Assembly: GCA_051294905.1 (NCBI GenBank)
Contig: CM119376.1
Location: 16,430,001-16,494,000, forward strand
Source: Botryllus schlosseri
Lineage: Eukaryota
Length of the DNA: 64,000 nt
Direction of reading: 5' to 3'
The first letter of the stretch is position 1, and every line of letters begins with the position of its first letter. This document shows positions 12,501 to 20,480 of this stretch, one piece after another. The notes beneath the pieces are model-generated. The model was given only the letters and a program-made list of their open reading frames with translations, was not told where the DNA came from and ran no database searches. The position numbers were made by a program, and so were the translations under genes.

Positions 12501-14007
12501 ACCGATTCCATACCAGCCCCACGCAGAAACAACTATACTGTTGAATAGTATATCGATACTGAAATGAACCCAAATATTTTCAGCTGAGACTCGTCAGGAG
12601 GGGTAATTGTCCGTAGACTCGTAGATTATCGGAAAGAACACTGTATTGGATATTTTTCGATCCTTCAAATACCTCCAAGTACCAAAAGCGAACCTTTCCG
12701 TTACCATATTATAGGGTTACCATACGTCCTCCTTTTTCAGGTTTTTGAAAATGACCTCCGAGGACGCCTAAATGTCCTTCTTTTTGGCAATTCGTCCTCC
12801 TTTACAGCTTTTAGAGCCAAGATAGTGGATAGGTTCGAGTGAAAATGGGCATAGATGACTGATGATGCTAAATAGGAAATTCGGCGCTTCTTCGTTTTAC
12901 GATCAGAGAGAGCCAGTGTTCCCCCATGACACCAACAAATGTTTCACATGAACACGAACAAAAATTCATAAACGTCAAAATAAATTGTTTTTTTTCTGTG
13001 TGTGGTGGGGGTGTTGGGCTTAGGGTATCCATCTCTCCAAAGACACAAATAAAACAATTTATTTTGACGTTTATAAATTTTTGTTTGTGTTCATGTGAAA
13101 CATTCGTTGGTGTCATGGGGGAACACTGGCTCTCTCTGATCGTAAAACGAAGAAGCGCCGGAAATTCGTGGTTCGACCGAAAGCGATGACCTTTTTATTT
13201 CTTCAGTCACTAAATTTTCCAGCAGAAATTGTGACATCGGCCATATCAAATTTAATATCAAATTGTTGCGATAAGGTGTTCTTTCCAATTCTCGGCTAGT
13301 TGCTGACGATTACCCCTGACAAGTGTCAGCCGAAAATATTCGGGTTCATTTCATTCAATATCAATACACTACTGTATTCAATTGTATACCGGTATCGCAT
13401 TTCTGTACCTCCAGCTCCAATAAGCGGTTTAAACAAATATTGGTACGTCACGAGTTGAGCAGCACAATTATTCCACAAAACTTGAAATGATTGCAGTTTC
13501 GACACGATGCTATTGTTACTACTCAAATTAAATGGCAATGACGATTTTCATAATACTCGTGGGAATGTAACTAAATAAGCTACATTATAGGGAAAATTAA
13601 TAAATGACAGTAGCTTCCGATTTATAACGGTAGCATGGGCCGCCGGCCCCATGGACACCTTCTGTTCTCCGTAAAATCAAAATGGAGGACAATTCTCAGT
13701 CGTCATTTTCTTTTCTCCATTATCAAAAACTAAAATCTCGGAAGCAGCTCGAATCAAGGTTACATCACGTATTAGCACTTGACATTTTCGTTTGCCAAGC
13801 CTGCACCACGTTAGTTTATGATTTTTGCTGACATGACCAATTTAAAATTCTACCGGAGATTACAACTTCAGTTCATGGTGCATGACACGAGTAACTATAA
13901 GCTTCGTAAAGGGTAGGAATCGCGAACGTAACCAGTGTTCAATATTTCCTAAAATGAGAATTTTCCAGCTATCGATATTTCCAGGTCACTAACTCACCAT
14001 CGGCCAT
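9503..14007 (-). CDS. DPY30: Protein dpy-30 homolog (COMPASS/MLL subunit), 114 aa, 5 coding exons
   Basis: complement(join(9503..9587,10194..10333,10398..10442,11632..11696,13998..14007)), 345 nt, all GT-AG with consistent phases. Protein [114 protein letters not shown] carries the diagnostic Dpy-30 motif. Not in the ORF track. Confidence 0.93.
10194..10333 (-). CDS. DPY30: DPY30 exon 4 (…[28 protein letters not shown])
   Basis: Acceptor gttccag, donor AG|GTGAGG; core Dpy-30 motif. Confidence 0.95.
10398..10442 (-). CDS. DPY30: DPY30 exon 3 ([15 protein letters not shown])
   Basis: 45 nt, acceptor gtgtttcag, donor CAG|GTGAGT, phase 0/0. Confidence 0.85.
10534..11099. mobile_element. hAT-type MITE in DPY30 intron 2
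   Basis: TIR CAGGGGCGTAGACAG ... CTGTCTACGCCTTTG; TSD cataggcc/gataggcc. Confidence 0.75.
11632..11696 (-). CDS. DPY30: DPY30 exon 2 ([21 protein letters not shown])
   Basis: Acceptor ctatttacag, donor CAG|GTATGG, phase 1/0. Confidence 0.85.
11790..12035 (-). mobile_element. 3'UTR fragment of the LINE family at 33945-34650
   Basis: Colinear similarity to 33960-34205 (…caatgaaagatagg…tcagacacccacc…gaggcatgcac…ggtcgtggtccggcaa…). Confidence 0.75.
12883..13159. mobile_element. Palindromic MITE with GG...CC ends and 8-bp TSD (Merlin-like)
   Basis: ~110-bp near-perfect inverted arms (GGCGCTTCTTCGTTTTACGATCAGAGAGAGCCAGTG...); perfect TSD GGAAATTC at 12875-12882 and 13160-13167. Confidence 0.85.
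13998..14007 (-). CDS. DPY30: DPY30 first coding exon (ATG GCC GAT G)
   Basis: gagaagATGG start context followed by donor GTGAGT; phase 1 matches exon 2. Confidence 0.8.
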
Positions 14008-14311
14008 CTTCTCGTAGTATATTCAACGATTCTCGATCACACCGAAAGTACACAAGACTGAAAGATCCGCTCCCGCCGTTGCTAAAGACTACCGCGCACG
14101 TTCACGAGCGCGCTCTTCGTGCTGGCAGAATAGAGGTTTATAATATTACAAACTACTAAAATGCTATTTGGAATATACCGATCAAAGAATGGCACAGGCA
14201 ACATTTCAAATTTGATATATATTCAGTAAATTTATTATTAATATATATAAATGAAGTAATAACATATTAAACAGGTTAATTTTCCTTCGTGTTAGTCTGA
14301 TCTTACCTACC

Positions 14312-14591
14312 GAGCGAGATAGTGTAATGGTTGTGCGTCCGGCTTCTCGATCGGTAGGTCATGGGTTCGATCCCCGCCCCGGCCGGGTCAGACCAAAGAC
14401 TCGAAAACTAGTATCCGCGGCTATCCTGCTAGGCGCACAGCAATCACGGATAGCATGGAGGAGAAAAAAGACGGGGGTGCAGACTAGATGACCTTACTAT
14501 AAAGGCCGTATCGCATCTCCGTCGTCAAAGCATCTGGATGGTGCAGGCGAAAAAGAATACCATATCTCTCTCTATCTCTCTCTCTCTCTCT
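14312..14591 (+). mobile_element. tRNA-derived SINE (Arg-like head, Meta-domain-like core, (CT)n tail)
   Basis: A box TAGTGTAATGG (14320-14330), B box GGTTCGATCCC (14364-14374), core GGTCAGACCAAAGACT…, and (CT)n tail. A 5'-truncated reverse copy is at 27246-27360. Confidence 0.85.
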
Positions 14592-14855
14592 GACTATTTT
14601 GTGACCTAGCATAGTTGGCGAATTTGGGATTTTGTTAGGCTGATATGCATATGGTATCATCTACAATACTGCTGAATAAAAGAAATTTCGATCGACTGCT
14701 TATAATGGTATGATGATGTATAAACATACGAACAGTGAACACTGAACATGAACAGTGAACACTGTGATATAAAGATAGATCCCCCTGACAAGTCATGCGT
14801 AACGGGAAAACAAATGGCTCTAGTTTTGCAACATTTGCATTGCAATAAAAGGTCC

Positions 14856-14907
14856 AGTTTGAGTATAGATAACTAACCGCCGTAGGTTAGTTATCTATAG
14901 TTTGAGT
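14856..14907. repeat. 34-bp perfect hairpin flanked by 9-bp direct repeat
   Basis: AGTTTGAGT (14856-14864) + ATAGATAACTAACC-gccgta-GGTTAGTTATCTAT (14865-14898) + AGTTTGAGT (14899-14907). Confidence 0.85.
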
Positions 14908-15146
14908 TCCGTGTTCCGTTGTGTCGCCTTGGAGCATATTTAGAAATAGGACCATTAGTTTGTAAATCCTGTGGATTCTCACCTACGTAATTACGCAGAT
15001 GGTGAAAGATAGATGTTAGCATATCATCCAGCAATTGTACGCTGTACTCAATACCATATCCATTCTGCAAAGACCTATCAACGGTATCAATATATATTTC
15101 ATAATATTGTGACTCATGAGGTTCGGGCCTGTTGAACAAGTGTGCC

Positions 15147-15394
15147 ATGATCGAGTTGATATTCGCGTATCTACTCGGACTCTATGACGGTCTACTACGG
15201 CCAGTTTTTCAACGCATATGGCTCTACGTTGAACCTTACTTGGGAACAATCAAGTCATTAATTATTCGGTCAAGCGCTGTGTTTGTGATATCATCCTTCT
15301 GCCTGTATCTGTCGGCGTTCCTCGTTGGGGTTGTCTACTATTACAACATGCCTATCACGTATCAATCTTACGAATTGAATTTTCAGTATAAGAG
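15147..15394 (+). CDS. BSCL2: Seipin exon 1 (N-terminus, TM1)
   Basis: First ATG after in-frame TGA (15117); donor AG|GTAACT. Confidence 0.9.
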
Positions 15395-18300
15395 GTAACT
15401 GGTGATCTTAATTGAGCTATTGATTCTTTTAATTTGACAATTTGTCTTGATTTTCGCCAGGTCATGTATTCAGCAGCATAGGAACTACGTAAAAAGCGGA
15501 AAGGGATTGCCCGGAATGATCTATGGAGAAGACTGCTTCCCCACTGCGACAGTGAAATTTGACGATTTATCTAATAAGGTATCCGGTACCATATTAAGGC
15601 ACTTTGTCCTTGAAGTGACTTGTCAGAGAATCATTTCACAGGTGAATCCTCATCAAGCGTATGAAGTCCATCTGTCTCTTAAACTTCCGAACTCTCCTGC
15701 AAATATGAACATTGGTATGTTCATGGCAACAATACAATATGGAAGCGAAATATCCTCGCAACCGGTTAATGATTTGAATTTTGTAATGATCAATAACATT
15801 AGAAATAACAGAGCTACTTCAGGCTTCACTCAACTACCATCCCCTTATCATTCGAATTGCTTCAACTATACTGTTTTGGCCTTTTCTGATGTTTGATGTG
15901 ATGGAAAGTACGCAGACACTCAACATTCAGTTATTCAAGAGAATAAATTTTGGACTCAAGCCATCCCAGGTGAGAAATGTTGCATCTTGTAGATATGTAG
16001 ATGGTGGTGAAGTTATTTTCAAAGAGCCCGAAGATTATGCATTATGGGGCAAAGCAGCAATTGCAATGAACCTTTCTGTGACAAGAGCAGTCCAAGAGAT
16101 GCAACTGTATCCTAATTTATTCAGTTCCGGTTTAAAAATATTTTCATCATTTCAAAACACCGAAAAAGCTGCGATGCAATGAAAAGATAGGGGCAGATAA
16201 TCTTTGTGTCACATGAATAGTTGAAAAAAAGCTATATCGGTACGTCATATGCTGCACCAAACAATATCTTAATTTTTGAGCGACTTTAGTCTTCAGAAAA
16301 GATCAGCAATTATTGTCAAAAGAACTTCACTTTTGCTATAAGAGCATGGCAATGCACAACAAATGGTATGCTGTAGCACAAATTCCACTAATATACTGAA
16401 GTTTTTCTGCGCTTTTATTTCCAGTAAAATCGTAAATTTGCCCTGCTACAATCTATTATGCTGTTGATGAGTGAATGTTTATGTGTTATTTTATCGCTAC
16501 AAATCCAAAGTTATTACTGAATTTCACTGTGAAAATAATGTTTTGTGAAATAGCAAAGAGGTATAATTCAAGTAGAAACTGTTTGCTTGCTATCTATATA
16601 TACAACATATGTTAACAGTATCTGCACTTGATCACAATAATATTGTTTGCAATAACTGTGTCTCTATTATTCAGGATTGCAATGCAAACTATGTAAGCTC
16701 TTCGCACTTCCAATTGAAAGATGAAACGACTTGTTCCAAATCTTCAAATATAAAGCCTCCTCATCAACGGATAGCAACAGTGCATATTGACTATCCAGAA
16801 ATCGAGATCAATTCCGCTACTCTTCACATCACTGCCAAACTCTCCGGCTTGCAGTACTTTTTATTTCAATGGCCAATTTTTTCTTTTGTGCTGGGCACAA
16901 TGATATTCTTTACCCCCGTACTTGCGTCAACCGTAGTGGTGCTCTACATATTTTTGTACGTCAGGCGATCCAACGGCCCTGTGAGAACCGACATGGAACA
17001 ACAAACAACATCTTCACAAGACACTAATGTTGAGACGGTCGGCGTTGGTAATGACGGTAAACACATCTTCTCTTCACGTTTTTCATGGATCAAGTATTGT
17101 CACATGAAAAATCGTCCTCTAGGCCCACGTTTAACTGAGGAGTTGGGGTGGGGTTGGGTGGTGAGTGATGAGAACAATCTGAAATCGAGGATAGGGATGA
17201 AAATGATTAATAGGACACCAAAGGTCAATATTACAGCTTTGATCGCTATTGTGGTAGGCTACTTACAAACAGGAGTTCGAAGTAGTCATCCGAAGCAGTG
17301 CCGTAAATTTCTACTTGTAGAAGGGCAAGTAGGCAAAACCCGTTTATCTACTCCAAAAAGTAGAAGTAATTCATTACTGACCTCTCTGAATATAAAGTTG
17401 TCATTCTTATGGAAAAGCACCCTTTTGCAGTCTAAGCAAAAGTAGCAATACACACTGCAGAGAGCAGTACTAGTATTTCATTGCTTTCAGGCCAATCTAC
17501 TCCGTTGAATCCAGAACCCCTTGAATTGGAGCATAGCGAATTCGGGACCGCGAACCCTTCGAATGCGGGATCATCATAATGACATTGGTAAGAATTTCAG
17601 AGTAATTGAGATAGTTTTCATGGGCATGGGATCGTCCTGCTGGGCGACAGGGTGGAGTGAAAAATGAAAATTTTTGAATTTCAAAAAAGGGTCTTGATAT
17701 GTGGTGCCAAATAGTAAACAAATAAATTCTATTATAATTTTGGGTTCGTACACCCTCTAGTGGTCGTGCAATTTCACCGAACGAGCCAAAAACAGCTAAT
17801 TTCGCCATATCTTGATCATCACTTACACTAGAAAGTCAGTTTTGGGCTTAAAAGATGCAGAAGCAACATGTTTCTATCTCACTTCCATAGAACTTACTCT
17901 TAAAAATGAACAGAAAAAAAGTTACAAGCAAATTACTGATTTTATAGGTAAAATTAAGCACTGAAGCAGTGGGTAGGATGTCAGAAGCGTGTAGTGATTG
18001 ATCTTATGACTGAGCAACATACCATATCAATTAGAACCACTTTTGAAAACTTGCTCAAACAAATGAAACCCTCTCCAAGCATAAATAGGGCTCAGGCATC
18101 GAATAGAGACTGCGAAAACTGTATTTAAAACAGCGTCCATTGGTAGTGCAGCGTCACGATATCGGTAAGTTTATAACAACGGCCCTCATGAGATTTCTTA
18201 CCGAAATGCTGTCGTAGGGTTTGTATCATATTTGTCAAAAAGCTCCTGAATGAAAGCACAAAAGTTGAAAATACACATTCAAAACACAAACATCAATTCT

Positions 18301-20480
18301 ATACTAGGAACAGAAAATTTTTGTAGCAGTATCATATGAGTATCAGTGTGCACAAACATTATAAAATCATGTTTAGTATTGAAAGATTTCATCTGCTTTC
18401 AAGACTTCAGTTTTTGTCTGATGAGGCTATCTCTACGTGTAGATCCTGAAACATGGGTAGATGCTTCAGTAACCACGTTTAATGTCTTTCCACTGCCTGG
18501 TTGTGGCAAGGATGACTGAGCCGTAATGGTGATGATCTTAGGTTTTCCACCTCGACATCTGACAAGGTCTTGATTGCAGGCGGCTGTTCAATATCTTTGT
18601 GGTTTAAGTTGACAATTTGGTGGAAATATTAAGCCTTGATGTTGATAACTGGAATTTGGAAGAAACTGATGCTCAATGTCGATGTTTTTAGCTTTGATGT
18701 CATTCATATATCTTCCTTCCAATTCATAATTGGAATTTGGTATGGTGTGGTTGTTCTGCGCATAGCTGTAATCTTGTTAACTGTAAATCTTCGGACGTTT
18801 CCCTCCTCGTCACCAAAGCATTCCCAGCAAAACATTTTCTGGATGTTCAAAATGAACATTTCGTCGTAGCAAAGATAGTGCAAGGGAGTGAATTCGGGTA
18901 TTAGTCAGCTTTGTGACGCGGGAAACTATATTGTGGAAATTTTTAGCACCATCTACAATGGAATTGTGCATTTTTTTCAAACCATGACGGAACATAGACC
19001 TCCATGCAAAATTGAGCAAGACGGTTCAGATTTCTCGATGGACGACTCTGTCTCACATAGTACTTTGAAATTTGAGAGCGAGAGTCAACCATATTGAATG
19101 AACGACGGGCCCAGCCTCTAAATATTGCAGATCTGGTTCCAATTGACGACTTTGAAGGAGAATATATAAATGAAACCAAAACCTTAAGCAGCCACATTGA
19201 CACCAGCATCATATTCTTCCAAATTCCAGTTATCAACATCAAGGAATTAATCTTTCCACCAAATTGTCAACTTAAACCTCAAAAATATTGAACAACCGCC
19301 TGCATCGCAATCAAGACCTTGTCTGATCACGAGCATAAGCATAAGCATCTGCTCAATGTTTCAGGATTTAAATGTAGAGATGGCCTCATCAGACAAAAAC
19401 TGAAGTCTTGAAAGCAGATGAAATCTTTCAATACTAAACATGACTTTATTATTTGTGCACACTGATACTCATGTGATACTGCTACAAAAATTTTATGTTT
19501 CCAGTATAGAATTGATGTGTGTGTTTTTGTGTATTTTCAATTTTTGCGCTTTCATTCAGGAGCTTTGTGACAAATATAATACAAACCTTACGACAGCATT
19601 TTGGTAAGAAATCTCATGAGGGCCGTTGTTATAAACTTACCGATATCGTGATGCCGCACTACCAATAGACGCTGTTTTAAATACAGTTTTAGCAGTCTCT
19701 ATTCGATGCCCGAGCCCTATTTATGCTTCGAGGAGGTTTCATTTGTTTGAGAAAATTTTGAATCACTACACGCTTTTGACATCCTACCCACTGGTTCAGT
19801 GCTTAATTTTACCTATAAAATCAGAAATTTGTTTATAATTTTTTTTCTGCTCATTTTTAAGAGTAAGTTCTATGGAAGTGAGATAGAAACATGTTGCTTC
19901 TGCATCTTTTAAGCCCAAAACTGACTTTCTAGTGTAAGTGATGATCAAGATATGGCGAAATTAGCTGTTTTTGGCTCGTTCGGTGAAATTGCACGACCAC
20001 TAGAGGGTGTACGAACCCAAAATTATGATAGAATTTATTTGTTTACTATTTGGCACCACATATCAAGACCCTTTTTTGAAATTCAAAAATTTTCATTTTT
20101 CACTCCACCCTGGCGTAGCTCGAGCACTTGCTTTTGTGCTGTTTACAATAACTTCTATGTCTATTTGATGATCATGGGATGCAGATGTATTTCTATGGAG
20201 GTTAAAATATGTACCGGTAGTTTAATATTTAAAATAATTTCTTGAAAACCATGTTTACAATACGTAACTGTATCCTTATTAAATACGAGGCGCTAGCCGT
20301 TCTGTCGATTTTTCGAGGAATCTTCAAGCGTGTGGAATCGCTATGCGCCATACCACGAGACTGGAGTGGAGATGTTTCAAATATTGGTTCTCATTGCTCA
20401 TTATATCAGTGGTGACACGAGGAAATATAGACTACGACCTAATCCGGCCACGAACTCCGCGTAAACGTAAAGGATCCTAA
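15147..20480 (+). CDS. BSCL2: Seipin (lipid-droplet assembly factor), ~362 aa, 6 exons
   Basis: join(15147..15394,15461..15578,15642..15764,15823..15969,16675..17056,20410..20480), 1089 nt. It has two TM segments plus the seipin motifs DCFPTATV, AYEVHLSLKLPNSPANMNIGMFM, ASLNYHPLIIRIASTILFWPFLMF and EINSATLHITAKLSGLQYFLFQWP. Exons 1-5 are secure. The last exon (VVTRGNIDYDLIRPRTPRKRKGS*) is inferred from phase and the basic C-terminus; the alternative is read-through to 17445. Confidence 0.9.
15461..15578 (+). CDS. BSCL2: Seipin exon 2
   Basis: Acceptor ttttcgccag, donor AAG|GTATCC. Confidence 0.88.
15642..15764 (+). CDS. BSCL2: Seipin exon 3
   Basis: Acceptor atttcacag; encodes LKLPNSPANMNIGMF; donor CCG|GTTAAT. 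Confidence 0.88.
15823..15969 (+). CDS. BSCL2: Seipin exon 4
   Basis: A 58-nt intron resolves the frame change between track ORFs; donor CAG|GTGAGA. Confidence 0.88.
16675..17056 (+). CDS. BSCL2: Seipin exon 5 (TM2 and cytosolic tail start)
   Basis: Acceptor ctattattcag; 3' boundary G|GTAAAC is uncertain. Confidence 0.85.
17648..20112. mobile_element. 2.5-kb foldback DNA transposon built from two inverted transposase 3' ends (hAT/hATm-like)
   Basis: Termini CAGGGTGGAGTGAAAAATG ... CATTTTTCACTCCACCCTG with ~1-kb inverted arms. The minus strand carries a decayed transposase C-terminus: LAQFCMEVYVPSWFE…DGAKNFHNIV…RNVHFEHPENVLLGML…HPCHNQAVERH…VTEAS…RDSLIRQKLKS*KQMKSFNTKHDF. No TSD found. Confidence 0.85.
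20410..20480 (+). CDS. BSCL2: Probable seipin terminal exon
   Basis: Acceptor cattatatcag, phase 1, ends LIRPRTPRKRKGS*; AATAAA at 21099-21104. Confidence 0.55.

Larger units (their letters stand above)
14008..15146. promoter_or_regulatory. Putative bidirectional promoter region between DPY30 and BSCL2
   Basis: The two start codons diverge ~1.14 kb apart; TSS positions cannot be read from sequence. Confidence 0.6.

Noticed and set aside
12868-13189. Mirror-image ORFs ([10 protein letters not shown]…) on both strands
   Set aside because: Artefact of the palindromic MITE.
14312-14385. tRNA-Arg gene
   Set aside because: No proper acceptor stem, and it continues into a SINE body and (CT)n tail with a second copy elsewhere.
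17497-20245. Duplicated ORFs MAKLAVFGSFGEIARP…
   Set aside because: They lie in the inverted arms of the foldback element, outside the transposase frame.
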